DNA of 64,000 nucleotides from Auanema rhodensis (lineage: Eukaryota; Animalia; Nematoda). Under the pieces are notes generated by a model. The model saw only the letters and a list, made by a program, of their open reading frames with translations. It had not been told where the DNA came from and did no database searches. Below are positions 37,201 through 52,200 of the stretch, one piece after another (position 1 is the stretch's first letter; each line of letters starts with the position of its first letter). The translations under genes were made by a program, and so were the position numbers. The DNA lies in the NCBI GenBank assembly GCA_964057225.1, contig OZ059895.1, positions 19,592,001 to 19,656,000 on the forward strand, in the 5' to 3' direction.

Positions 37201-40200
37201 ATCTACTTTTTGATAAATTATTTTAAAATTTTTCGAAAAAATTTTTGTCAAAATGTTTTTGGAAGCAATGTTGAGTGTACATGGAAACTCAACATACACT
37301 AATGCATCATTTTTCAAACGATCATAACTAATTTTTGTATTAAGCGTTTCTCATTGTAGTGTAGTGCATTCGATGCGGATTTTTAAGCTGCGTCGATCTG
37401 TGTTATCAGATTTGCGCTAGCTTAAAAATGCACCGAGATATCAACTGATATAAGTTCACACTTATATCCTCGATTTTCACCCTGAAGAATTAATTTTTTC
37501 GTTGAATAACATTGTCCATCGTCTTTGCCTTAAAAAAAGTAATCTAAAAACAGCTACTTTTTGATAAATTATTTTAAAATTTTTCGAAAAAATTTTTGTC
37601 AAAATGTTTTTGGAAGCAATGTTGAGTGTACATGGAAACTCAACATACACTAATGCATCATTTTTTAAACGATCATAACTGATTTTTCTATTAAGCGTTT
37701 TTCAATGTAGTATAGTGCATTCGATGCGGATTTTTAAGCTGCGTCGATCTGTGTTATCAGATTTGCGCTAGCTTAAAAATGCACCGAGATATCAACTGAT
37801 ATAAGTTCACACTTATATCCTCGATTTTCACCCTGAAGAATTAATTTTTTCGTTGAATAACATTGTCCATCGTCTTTGCCTTAAAAAAAGGAATCTAAAA
37901 ACATCTACTTTTTGATAAATTATTTTAAAATTTTTCGAAAAAATTTTTGTCAAAATGTTTTTGGAAGCAATGTTGAGTGTACATGGAAACTCAACATACA
38001 CTAATGCATAATTTTTCAAACGATCATAACTAATTTTTGTATTAAGCGTTTCTCAATGTAGTATAGTGCATTCGATGCGGATTTTTAAGCTGCGTCGATC
38101 TGTGTTATCAGATTTGCGCTAGCTTAAAAATGCACCGAGATATCAACTGATATAAGTTCACACTTATATCCTCGATTTTCACCCTGAAGAATTAATTTTT
38201 TCGTTGAGTAACATTGTCCATCGTCTTTGCCTTAAAAAAAGGAATCTAAAAACATCTACTTTTTGATAAATTATTTTAAAATTTTTCGAAAAAATTTTTG
38301 TCAAAATGTTTTTGGAAGCAATGTTGAGTGTACATGGAAACTCAACATACACTAATGCATAATTTTTCAAACGATCATAACTAATTTTTGTATTAAGCGT
38401 TTCTCAATGTAGTATAGTGCATTCGATGCGGATTTTTAAGCTGCGTCGATCTGTGTTATCAGATTTGCGCTAGCTTAAAAATGCACCGAGATATCAACTG
38501 ATATAAGTTCACACTTATATCCTCGATTTTCACCCTGAAGAATTAATTTTTTCGTTGAGTAACATTGTCCATCGTCTTTGCCTTAAAAAAAGGAATCTAA
38601 AAACATCTACTTTTTGATAAATTATTTTAAAATTTTTCGAAAAAATTTTTGTCAAAATGTTTTTGGAAGCAATGTTGAGTGTACATGGAAACTCAACATA
38701 CACTAATGCATAATTTTTCAAACGATCATAACTAATTTTTGTATTAAGCGTTTCTCAATGTAGTATAGTGCATTCGATGCGGATTTTTAAGCTGCGTCGA
38801 TCTGTGTTATCAGATTTGCGCTAGCTTAAAAATGCACCGAGATATCAACTGATATAAGTTCACACTTATATCCTCGATTTTCACCCTGAAGAATTAATTT
38901 TTTCGTTGAGTAACATTGTCCATCGTCTTTGCCTTAAAAAAAGGAATCTAAAAACATCTACTTTTTGATAAATTATTTTAAAATTTTTCGAAAAAATTTT
39001 TGTCAAAATGTTTTTGGAAGCAATGTTGAGTGTACATGGAAACTCAACATACACTAATGCATAATTTTTCAAACGATCATAACTAATTTTTGTATTAAGC
39101 GTTTCTCAATGTAGTATAGTGCATTCGATGCGGATTTTTAAGCTGCGTCGATCTGTGTTATCAGATTTGCGCTAGCTTAAAAATGCACCGAGATATCAAC
39201 TGATATAAGTTCACACTTATATCCTCGATTTTCACCCTGAAGAATTAATTTTTTCGTTGAGTAACATTGTCCATCGTCTTTGCCTTAAAAAAAGGAATCT
39301 AAAAACATCTACTTTTTGATAAATTATTTTAAAATTTTTCGAAAAAATTTTTGTCAAAATGTTTTTGGAAGCAATGTTGAGTGTACATGGAAACTCAACA
39401 TACACTAATGCATAATTTTTCAAACGATCATAACTAATTTTTGTATTAAGCGTTTCTCAATGTAGTATAGTGCATTCGATGCGGATTTTTAAGCTGCGTC
39501 GATCTGTGTTATCAGATTTGCGCTAGCTTAAAAATGCACCGAGATATCAACTGATATAAGTTCACACTTATATCCTCGATTTTCACCCTGAAGAATTAAT
39601 TTTTTCGTTGAGTAACATTGTCCATCGTCTTTGCCTTAAAAAAAGGAATCTAAAAACATCTACTTTTTGATAAATTATTTTAAAATTTTTCGAAAAAATT
39701 TTTGTCAAAATGTTTTTGGAAGCAATGTTGAGTGTACATGGAAACTCAACATACACTAATGCATAATTTTTCAAACGATCATAACTAATTTTTGTATTAA
39801 GCGTTTCTCAATGTAGTATAGTGCATTCGATGCGGATTTTTAAGCTGCGTCGATCTGTGTTATCAGATTTGCGCTAGCTTAAAAATGCACCGAGATATCA
39901 ACTGATATAAGTTCACACTTATATCCTCGATTTTCACCCTGAAGAATTAATTTTTTCGTTGAGTAACATTGTCCATCGTCTTTGCCTTAAAAAAAGGAAT
40001 CTAAAAACATCTACTTTTTGATAAATTATTTTAAAATTTTTCGAAAAAATTTTTGTCAAAATGTTTTTGGAAGCAATGTTGAGTGTACATGGAAACTCAA
40101 CATACACTAATGCATCATTTTTTAAACGATCATAACTGATTTTTCTATTAAGCGTTTCTCAATGTAGTATAGTGCATTCGATGCGGATTTTTAAGCTGCG

Positions 40201-43200
40201 TCGATCTGTGTTATCAGATTTGCGCTAGCTTAAAAATGCACCGAGATATCAACTGATATAAGTTCACACTTATATCCTCGATTTTCACCCTGAAGAATTA
40301 ATTTTTTCGTTGAATAACATTGTCCATCGTCTTTGCCTTGAAAAAAGGAATCTAAAAACATCTACTTTTTGATAAATTATTTTAAAATTTTTCGAAAAAA
40401 TTTTTGTCAAAATGTTTTTGGAAGCAATGTTGAGTGTACATGGAAACTCAACATACACTAATGCATCATTTTTCAAACGATCATAACTAATTTTTCTATA
40501 AAGCGTTTCTCAATGTAGTATAGTGCATTCGATGCGGATTTTTAAGCTGCGTCGATCTGTGTTATCAGATTTGCGCTAGCTTAAAAATGCACCGAGATAT
40601 CAACTGATATAAGTTCACACTTATATCCTCGATTTTCACCCTGAAGAATTAATTTTTTCGTTGAGTAACATTGTCCATCGTCTTTGCCTTAAAAAAAGGA
40701 ATCTAAAAACATCTACTTTTTGATAAATTATTTTAAAATTTTTCGAAAAAATTTTTGTCAAAATGTTTTTGGAAGCAATGTTGAGTGTACATGGAAACTC
40801 AACATACACTAATGCATAATTTTTCAAACGATCATAACTAATTTTTGTATTAAGCGTTTCTCAATGTAGTATAGTGCATTCGATGCGGATTTTTAAGCTG
40901 CGTCGATCTGTGATATCAGATTTGCGCTAGCTTAAAAATGCACCGAGATATCAACTGATATAAGTTCACACTTATATCCTCGATTTTCACCCTGAAGAAT
41001 TAATTTTTTCGTTGAGTAACATTGTCCATCGTCTTTGCCTTAAAAAAAGGAATCTAAAAACATCTACTTTTTGATAAATTATTTTAAAATTTTTCGAAAA
41101 AATTTTTGTCAAAATGTTTTTGGAAGCAATGTTGAGTGTACATGGAAACTCAACATACACTAATGCATAATTTTTCAAACGATCATAACTAATTTTTGTA
41201 TTAAGCGTTTCTCAATGTAGTGTAGTGCATTCGATGCGGAGTTTTAAGCTGCGTCGATCTGTGTTATCAGATTTGCGCTAGCTTAAAAATGCACCGAGAT
41301 ATCAACTGATATAAGTTCACACTTATATCCTCGATTTTCACCCTGAAGAATTAATTTTTTCGTTGAATAACATTGTCCATCGTCTTTGCCTTGAAAAAAG
41401 GAATCTAAAAACATCTACTTTTTGATAAATTATTTTAAAATTTTTCGAAAAAATTTTTGTCAAAATGTTTTTGGAAGCAATGTTGAGTGTACATGGAAAC
41501 TCAACATACACTAATGCATCATTTTTCAAACGATCATAACTAATTTTTCTATAAAGCGTTTCTCAATGTAGTATAGTGCATTCGATGCGGATTTTTAAGC
41601 TGCGTCGATCTGTGTTATCAGATTTGCGCTAGCTTAAAAATGCACCGAGATATCAACTGATATAAGTTCACACTTATATCCTCGATTTTCACCCTGAAGA
41701 ATTAATTTTTTCGTTGAATAACATTGTCCATCGTCTTTGCCTTAAAAAAAGGAATCTAAAAACATCTACTTTTTGATGAATTATTTTAAAATTTTTCGAA
41801 AAAATTTTTGTCAAAATGTTTTTGGAAGCAATGTTGAGTGTACATGGAAACTCAACATACACTAATGCATCATTTTTCAAACGATCATAACTAATTTTTG
41901 TATTAAGCGTTTCTCAATGTAGTGTAGTGCATTCGATGCGGATTTTTAAGCTGCGTCGATCTGTGTTATCAGATTTGCGCTAGCTTAAAAATGCACCGAG
42001 ATATCAACTGATATAAGTTCACACTTATATCCTCGATTTTCACCCTGAAGAATTAATTTTTTCGTTGAATAACATTGTCCTTCGTCTTTGCCTTAAAAAA
42101 AGGAATCTAAAAACATCTACTTTTTGATGAATTATTTTAAAATTTTTCGAAAAAATTTTTGTCAAAATGTTTTTGGAAGCAATGTTGAGTGTACATGGAA
42201 ACTCAACATACACTAATGCATCATTTTTCAAACGATCATAACTAATTTTTGTATTAAGCGTTTCTCAATGTAGTATAGTGCATTCGATGCGGATTTTTAA
42301 GCTGCGTCGATCTGTGTTATCAGATTTGCGCTAGCTTAAAAATGCACCGAGATATCAACTGATATAAGTTCACACTTATATCCTCGATTTTCACCCTGAA
42401 GAATTAATTTTTTCGTTGAATAACATTGTCCATCGTCTTTGCCTTAAAAAAAGGAATCTAAAAACATCTACTTTTTGATGAATTATTTTAAAATTTTTCG
42501 AAAAAATTTTTGTCAAAATGTTTTTGGAAGCAATGTTGAGTGTACATGGAAACTCAACATACACTAATGCATCATTTTTCAAACGATCATAACTAATTTT
42601 TGTATTAAGCGTTTCTCAATGTAGTATAGTGCATTCGATGCGGATTTTTAAGCTGCGTCGATCTGTGTTATCAGATTTGCGCTAGCTTAAAAATGCACCG
42701 AGATATCAACTGATATAAGTTCACACTTATATCCTCGATTTTCACCCTGAAGAATTAATTTTTTCGTTGAATAACATTGTCCATCGTCTTTGCCTTGAAA
42801 AAAGGAATCTAAAAACATCTACTTTTTGATAAATTATTTTAAAATTTTTCGAAAAAATTTTTGTCAAAATGTTTTTGGAAGCAATGTTGAGTGTACATGG
42901 AAACTCAACATACACTAATGCATCATTTTTCAAACGATCATAACTAATTTTTGTATTAAGCGTTTCTCAATGTAGTGTAGTGCATTCGATGCGGATTTTT
43001 AAGCTGCGTCGATCTGTGTTATCAGATTTGCGCTAGCTTAAAAATGCACCGAGATATCAACTGATATAAGTTCACACTTATATCCTCGATTTTCACCCTG
43101 AAGAATTAATTTTTTCGTTGAATAACATTGTCCATCGTCTTTGCCTTAAAAAAAGGAATCTAAAAACATCTACTTTTTGATAAATTATTTTAAAATTTTT

Positions 43201-46200
43201 CGAAAAAATTTTTGTCAAAATGTTTTTGGAAGCAATGTTGAGTGTACATGGAAACTCAACATACACTAATGCATCATTTTTCAAACGATCATAACTAATT
43301 TTTGTATTAAGCGTTTCTCAATGTAGTGTAGTGCATTCGATGCGGATTTTTAAGCTGCGTCGATCTGTGTTATCAGATTTGCGCTAGCTTAAAAATGCAC
43401 CGAGATATCAACTGATATAAGTTCACACTTATATCCTCGATTTTCACCCTGAAGAATTAATTTTTTCGTTGAATAACATTGTCCATCGTCTTTACCTTAA
43501 AAAAAGGAATCTAAAAACATCTACTTTTTGATGAATTATTTTAAAATTTTTCGAAAAAATTTTTGTCAAAATGTTTTTGGAAGCAATGTTGAGTGTACAT
43601 GGAAACTCAACATACACTAATGCATCATTTTTCAAACGATCATAACTAATTTTTGTATTAAGCGTTTCTCAATGTAGTGTAGTGCATTCGATGCGGATTT
43701 TTAAGCTGCGTCGATCTGTGTTATCAGATTTGCGCTAGCTTAAAAATGCACCGAGATATCAACTGATATAAGTTCACACTTATATCCTCGATTTTCACCC
43801 TGAAGAATTAATTTTTTCGTTGAATAACATTGTCCATCGTCTTTGCCTTAAAAAAAGGAATCTAAAAACATCTACTTTTTGATAAATTATTTTAAAATTT
43901 TTCGAAAAAATTTTTGTCAAAATGTTTTTGGAAGCAATGTTGAGTGTACATGGAAACTCAACATACACTAATGCATCATTTTTCAAACGATCATAACTAA
44001 TTTTTGTATTAAGCGTTTCTCAATGTAGTGTAGTGCATTCGATGCGGATTTTTAAGCTGCGTCGATCTGTGTTATCAGATTTGCGCTAGCTTAAAAATGC
44101 ACCGAGATATCAACTGATATAAGTTCACACTTATATCCTCGATTTTCACCCTGAAGAATTAATTTTTTCGTTGAATAACATTGTCCATCGTCTTTGCCTT
44201 AAAAAAAGTAATCTAAAAACAGCTACTTTTTGATAAATTATTTTAAAATTTTTCGAAAAAATTTTTGTCAAAATGTTTTTGGAAGCAATGTTGAGTGTAC
44301 ATGGAAACTCAACATACACTAATGCATCATTTTTTAAACGATCATAACTGATTTTTCTATTAAGCGTTTCTCAATGTAGTATAGTGCATTCGATGCGGAT
44401 TTTTAAGCTGCGTCGATCTGTGTTATCAGATTTGCGCTAGCTTAAAAATGCACCGAGATATCAACTGATATAAGTTCACACTTATATCCTCGATTTTCAC
44501 CCTGAAGAATTAATTTTTTCGTTGAATAACATTGTCCATCGTCTTTGCCTTAAAAAAAGGAATCTAAAAACATCTACTTTTTGATAAATTATTTTAAAAT
44601 TTTTCGAAAAAATTTTTGTCAAAATGTTTTTGGAAGCAATGTTGAGTGTACATGGAAACTCAACATACACTAATGCATAATTTTTCAAACGATCATAACT
44701 AATTTTTGTATTAAGCGTTTCTCAATGTAGTATAGTGCATTCGATGCGGATTTTTAAGCTGCGTCGATCTGTGTTATCAGATTTGCGCTAGCTTAAAAAT
44801 GCACCGAGATATCAACTGATATAAGTTCACACTTATATCCTCGATTTTCACCCTGAAGAATTAATTTTTTCGTTGAGTAACATTGTCCATCGTCTTTGCC
44901 TTAAAAAAAGGAATCTAAAAACATCTACTTTTTGATAAATTATTTTAAAATTTTTCGAAAAAATTTTTGTCAAAATGTTTTTGGAAGCAATGTTGAGTGT
45001 ACATGGAAACTCAACATACACTAATGCATAATTTTTCAAACGATCATAACTAATTTTTGTATTAAGCGTTTCTCAATGTAGTATAGTGCATTCGATGCGG
45101 ATTTTTAAGCTGCGTCGATCTGTGTTATCAGATTTGCGCTAGCTTAAAAATGCACCGAGATATCAACTGATATAAGTTCACACTTATATCCTCGATTTTC
45201 ACCCTGAAGAATTAATTTTTTCGTTGAATAACATTGTCCATCGTCTTTGCCTTGAAAAAAGGAATCTAAAAACATCTACTTTTTGATAAATTATTTTAAA
45301 ATTTTTCGAAAAAATTTTTGTCAAAATGTTTTTGGAAGCAATGTTGAGTGTACATGGAAACTCAACATACACTAATGCATCATTTTTCAAACGATCATAA
45401 CTAATTTTTCTATAAAGCGTTTCTCAATGTAGTATAGTGCATTCGATGCGGATTTTTAAGCTGCGTCGATCTGTGTTATCAGATTTGCGCTAGCTTAAAA
45501 ATGCACCGAGATATCAACTGATATAAGTTCACACTTATATCCTCGATTTTCACCCTGAAGAATTAATTTTTTCGTTGAGTAACATTGTCCATCGTCTTTG
45601 CCTTAAAAAAAGGAATCTAAAAACATCTACTTTTTGATAAATTATTTTAAAATTTTTCGAAAAAATTTTTGTCAAAATGTTTTTGGAAGCAATGTTGAGT
45701 GTACATGGAAACTCAACATACACTAATGCATCATTTTTTAAACGATCATAACTAATTTTTGTATTAAGCGTTTTTCAATGTAGTATAGTGCATTCGATGC
45801 GGATTTTTAAGCTGCGACGATCTGTGTTATCAGATTTGCGCTAGCTTAAAAATGCACCGAGATATCAACTGATATAAGTTCACACTTATATCCTCGATTT
45901 TCACCCTGAAGAATTAATTTTTTCGTTGAATAACATTGTCCATCGTCTTTGCCTTGAAAAAAGGAATCTAAAAACATCTACTTTTTGATAAATTATTTTA
46001 AAATTTTTCGAAAAAATTTTTGTCAAAATGTTTTTGGAAGCAATGTTGAGTGTACATGGAAACTCAACATACACTAATGCATCATTTTTCAAACGATCAT
46101 AACTAATTTTTCTATAAAGCGTTTCTCAATGTAGTATAGTGCATTCGATGCGGATTTTTAAGCTGCGTCGATCTGTGTTATCAGATTTGCGCTAGCTTAA

Positions 46201-49200
46201 AAATGCACCGAGATATCAACTGATATAAGTTCACACTTATATCCTCGATTTTCACCCTGAAGAATTAATTTTTTCGTTGAGTAACATTGTCCATCGTCTT
46301 TGCCTTAAAAAAAGGAATCTAAAAACATCTACTTTTTGATAAATTACTTTAAAATTTTTCGAAAAAATTTTTGTCAAAATGTTTTTGGAAGCAATGTTGA
46401 GTGTACATGGAAACTCAACATACACTAATGCATCATTTTTTAAACGATCATAACTAATTTTTTATTAAGCGTTTTTCAATGTAGTATAGTGCATTCGATG
46501 CGGAGTTTTAAGCTGCGTCGATCTGTGTTATCAGATTTGCGCTAGCTTAAAAATGCACCGAGATATCAACTGATATAAGTTCACACTTATATCCTCGATT
46601 TTCACCCTGAAGAATTAATTTTTTCGTTGAATAACATTGTCCATCGTCTTTGCCTTGAAAAAAGGAATCTAAAAACATCTACTTTTTGATAAATTATTTT
46701 AAAATTTTTCGAAAAAATTTTTGTCAAAATGTTTTTGGAAGCAATGTTGAGTGTACATGGAAACTCAACATACACTAATGCATCATTTTTCAAACGATCA
46801 TAACTAATTTTTCTATAAAGCGTTTCTCAATGTAGTATAGTGCATTCGATGCGGATTTTTAAGCTGCGTCGATCTGTGTTATCAGATTTGCGCTAGCTTA
46901 AAAATGCACCGAGATATCAACTGATATAAGTTCACACTTATATCCTCGATTTTCACCCTGAAGAATTAATTTTTTCGTTGAATAACATTGTCCATCGTCT
47001 TTGCCTTAAAAAAAGGAATCTAAAAACATCTACTTTTTAATGAATTATTTTAAAATTTTTCGAAAAAATTTTTGTCAAAATGTTTTTGGAAGCAATGTTG
47101 AGTGTACATGGAAACTCAACATACACTAATGCATCATTTTTCAAACGATCATAACTAATTTTTGTATTAAGCGTTTCTCAATGTAGTGTAGTGCATTCGA
47201 TGCGGATTTTTAAGCTGCGTCGATCTGTGTTATCAGATTTGCGCTAGCTTAAAAATGCACCGAGATATCAACTGATATAAGTTCACACTTATATCCTCGA
47301 TTTTCACCCTGAAGAATTAATTTTTTCGTTGAATAACATTGTCCATCGTCTTTGCCTTAAAAAAAGGAATCTAAAAACATCTACTTTTTGATAAATTATT
47401 TTAAAATTTTTCGAAAAAATTTTTGTCAAAATGTTTTTGGAAGCAATGTTGAGTGTACATGGAAACTCAACATACACTAATGCATCATTTTTCAAACGAT
47501 CATAACTAATTTTTGTATTAAGCGTTTCTCAATGTAGTGTAGTGCATTCGATGCGGATTTTTAAGCTGCGTCGATCTGTGTTATCAGATTTGCGCTAGCT
47601 TAAAAATGCACCGAGATATCAACTGATATAAGTTCACACTTATATCCTCGATTTTCACCCTGAAGAATTAATTTTTTCGTTGAATAACATTGTCCATCGT
47701 CTTTGCCTTAAAAAAAGGAATCTAAAAACATCTACTTTTTGATAAATTATTTTAAAATTTTTCGAAAAAATTTTTGTCAAAATGTTTTTGGAAGCAATGT
47801 TGAGTGTACATGGAAACTCAACATACACTAATGCATCATTTTTTAAACGATCATAACTGATTTTTCTATTAAGCGTTTCTCAATGTAGTATAGTGCATTC
47901 GATGCGGATTTTTAAGCTGCGTCGATCTGTGTTATCAGATTTGCGCTAGCTTAAAAATGCACCGAGATATCAACTGATATAAGTTCACACTTATATCCTC
48001 GATTTTCACCCTGAAGAATTAATTTTTTCGTTGAGTAACATTGTCCATCGTCTTTGCCTTAAAAAAAGGAATCTAAAAACATCTACTTTTTGATAAATTA
48101 TTTTAAAATTTTTCGAAAAAATTTTTGTCAAAATGTTTTTGGAAGCAATGTTGAGTGTACATGGAAACTCAACATACACTAATGCATCATTTTTTAAACG
48201 ATCATAACTGATTTTTCTATTAAGCGTTTCTCAATGTAGTATAGTGCATTCAATGCGGATTTTGAAGCTGCGTCGATCTGTGTTATCAGATTTGCGCTAG
48301 CTTAAAAATGCACCGAGATATCAACTGATATAAGTTCACACTTATATCCTCGATTTTCACCCTGAAGAATTAATTTTTTCGTTGAATAACATTGTCCATC
48401 GTCTTTGCCTTAAAAAAAGGAATCTAAAAACATCTACTTTTTGATGAATTATTTTAAAATTTTTCGAAAAAATTTTTGTCAAAATGTTTTTGTAAGCAAT
48501 GTTGAGTGTACATGGAAACTCAATATACACTAATGCATCATTTTTCAAACGATCATAACTAATTTTTGTATTAAGCGTTTCTCAATGTAGTGTAGTGCAT
48601 TCGATGCGGATTTTTAAGCTGCGTCGATCTGTGTTATCAGATTTGCGCTAGCTTAAAAATGCACCGAGATATCAACTGATATAAGTTCACACTTATATCC
48701 TCGATTTTCACCCTGAAGAATTAATTTTTTCGTTGAATAACATTGTCCATCGTCTTTGCCTTAAAAAAAGGAATCTAAAAACATCTACTTTTTGATGAAT
48801 TATTTTAAAATTTTTCGAAAAAATTTTTGTCAAAATGTTTTTGGAAGCAATGTTGAGTGTACATGGAAACTCAACATACACTAATGCATCATTTTTCAAA
48901 CGATCATAACTAATTTTTGTATTAAGCGTTTCTCAATGTAGTGTAGTGCATTCGATGCGGATTTTTAAGCTGCGTCGATCTGTGTTATCAGATTTGCGCT
49001 AGCTTAAAAATGCACCGAGATATCAACTGATATAAGTTCACACTTATATCCTCGATTTTCACCCTGAAGAATTAATTTTTTCGTTGAATAACATTGTCCA
49101 TCGTCTTTGCCTTAAAAAAAGGAATCTAAAAACATCTACTTTTTGATAAATTATTTTAAAATTTTTCGAAAAAATTTTTGTCAAAATGTTTTTGGAAGCA

Positions 49201-52200
49201 ATGTTGAGTGTACATGGAAACTCAACATACACTAATGCATCATTTTTTAAACGATCATAACTAATTTTTTTATTAAGCGTTTTTCAATGTAGTATAGTGC
49301 ATTCGATGCGGATTTTTAAGCTGCGTCGATCTGTGTTATCAGATTTGCGCTAGCTTAAAAATGCACCGAGATATCAACTGATATAAGTTCACACTTATAT
49401 CCTTGATTTTCACCCTGAAGAATTAATTTTTTCGTTGAATAACATTGTCCATCGTCTTTGCCTTAAAAAAAGGAATCTAAAAACATCTACTTTTTGATGA
49501 ATTATTTTAAAATTTTTCGAAAAAATTTTTGTCAAAATGTTTTTGGAAGCAATGTTGAGTGTACATGGAAACTCAACATACACTAATGCATCATTTTTTA
49601 AACGATCATAACTAATTTTTTATTAAGCGTTTTTCAATGTAGTATAGTGCATTCGATGCGGATTTTTAAGCTGCTGCGTCGATCTGTGTTATCAGATTTG
49701 CGCTAGCTTAAAAATGCACCGAGATATCAACTGATATAAGTTCACACTTATATCCTCGATTTTCACCCTGAAGAATTAATTTTTTCGTTGAGTGACATTG
49801 TCCATCGTCTTTGCCTTAAACAAAGGAATCTAAAAACATCTACTTTTTGATAAATTATTTTAAAATTTTTCGAAAAAATTTTTGTCAAAATGTTTTTGGA
49901 AGCAATGTTGAGTGTACATGGAAACTCAACATACACTAATGCATCATTTTTTAAACGATCATAACTGATTTTTCTATTAAGCGTTTCTCAATGTAGTATA
50001 GTGCATTCGATGCGGATTTTTAAGCTGCGTCGATCTGTGTTATCAGATTTGCGCTAGCTTAAAAATGCACCGAGATATCAACTGATATAAGTTCACACAT
50101 ATATCCTCCATTTTCACCCTGAAGAATTAATTTTTTCGTTGAGTAACATTGTCCATCGTCTTTGCCTTAAAAAAAGGAATCTAAAAACATCTACTTTTTG
50201 ATAAATTATTTTAAAATTTTTCGAAAAAATTTTTGTCAAAATGTTTTTGGAAGCAATGTTGAGTGTACATGGAAACTCAACATACACTAATGCATCATTT
50301 TTTAAACGATCATAACTAATTTTTTTATTAAGCGTTTTTCAATGTAGTATAGTGCATTCGATGCGGATTTTTAAGCTGCGTCGATCTGTGTTATCAGATT
50401 TGCGCTAGCTTAAAAATGCACCGAGATATCAACTGATATAAGTTCACACTTATATCCTCGATTTTCACCCTGAAGAATTAATTTTTTCGTTGAATAACAT
50501 TGTCCATCGTCTTTGCCTTGAAAAAAGGAATCTAAAAACATCTACTTTTTGATAAATTATTTTAAAATTTTTCGAAAAAATTTTTGTCAAAATGTTTTTG
50601 GAAGCAATGTTGAGTGTACATGGAAACTCAACATACACTAATGCATCATTTTTCAAACGATCATAACTAATTTTTCTATAAAGCGTTTCTCAATGTAGTA
50701 TAGTGCATTCGATGCGGATTTTTAAGCTGCGTCGATCTGTGTTATCAGATTTGCGCTAGCTTAAAAATGCACCGAGATATCAACTGATATAAGTTCACAC
50801 TTATATCCTCGATTTTCACCCTGAAGAATTGATTTTTTCGTTGAATAACATTGTCCATCGTCTTTGCCTTAAAAAAAGGAATCTAAAAACATCTACTTTT
50901 TGATGAATTATTTTAAAATTTTTCGAAAAAATTTTTGTCAAAATGTTTTTGGAAGCAATGTTGAGTGTACATGGAAACTCAACATACACTAATGCATCAT
51001 TTTTCAAACGATCATAACTAATTTTTGTATTAAGCGTTTCTCAATGTAGTGTAGTGCATTCGATGCGGATTTTTAAGCTGCGTCGATCTGTGTTATCAGA
51101 TTTGCGCTAGCTTAAAAATGCACCGAGATATCAACTGATATAAGTTCACACTTATATCCTCGATTTTCACCCTGAAGAATTAATTTTTTCGTTGAGTAAC
51201 ATTGTCCATCGTCTTTGCCTTAAAAAAAGGAATCTAAAAACATCTACTTTTTGATAAATTACTTTAAAATTTTTCGAAAAAATTTTTGTCAAAATGTTTT
51301 TGGAAGCAATGTTGAGTGTACATGGAAACTCAACATACACTAATGCATCATTTTTTAAACGATCATAACTAATTTTTTTATTAAGCGTTTTTCAATGTAG
51401 TATAGTGCATTCGATGCGGATTTTTAAGCTGCGTCGATCTGTGTTATCAGATTTGCGCTAGCTTAAAAATGCACCGAGATATCAACTGATATAAGTTCAC
51501 ACTTATATCCTCGATTTTCACCCTGAAGAATTAATTTTTTCGTTGAATAACATTGTCCATCGTCTTTGCCTTGAAAAAAGGAATCTAAAAACATCTACTT
51601 TTTGATAAATTATTCTAAAATTTTTCGAAAAAATTTTTGTCAAAATGTTTTTGGAAGCAATGTTGAGTGTACATGGAAACTCAACATACACTAATGCATC
51701 ATTTTTCAAACGATCATAACTAATTTTTCTATAAAGCGTTTCTCAATGTAGTATAGTGCATTCGATGCGGATTTTTAAGCTGCGTCGATCTGTGTTATCA
51801 GATTTGCGCTAGCTTAAAAATGCACCGAGATATCAACTGATATAAGTTCACACTTATATCCTCGATTTTCACCCTGAAGAATTGATTTTTTCGTTGAATA
51901 ACATTGTCCATCGTCTTTGCCTTAAAAAAAGGAATCTAAAAACATCTACTTTTTGATGAATTATTTTAAAATTTTTCGAAAAAATTTTTGTCAAAATGTT
52001 TTTGGAAGCAATGTTGAGTGTACATGGAAACTCAACATACACTAATGCATCATTTTTCAAACGATCATAACTAATTTTTGTATTAAGCGTTTCTCAATGT
52101 AGTGTAGTGCATTCGATGCGGATTTTTAAGCTGCGTCGATCTGTGTTATCAGATTTGCGCTAGCTTAAAAATGCACCGAGATATCAACTGATATAAGTTC

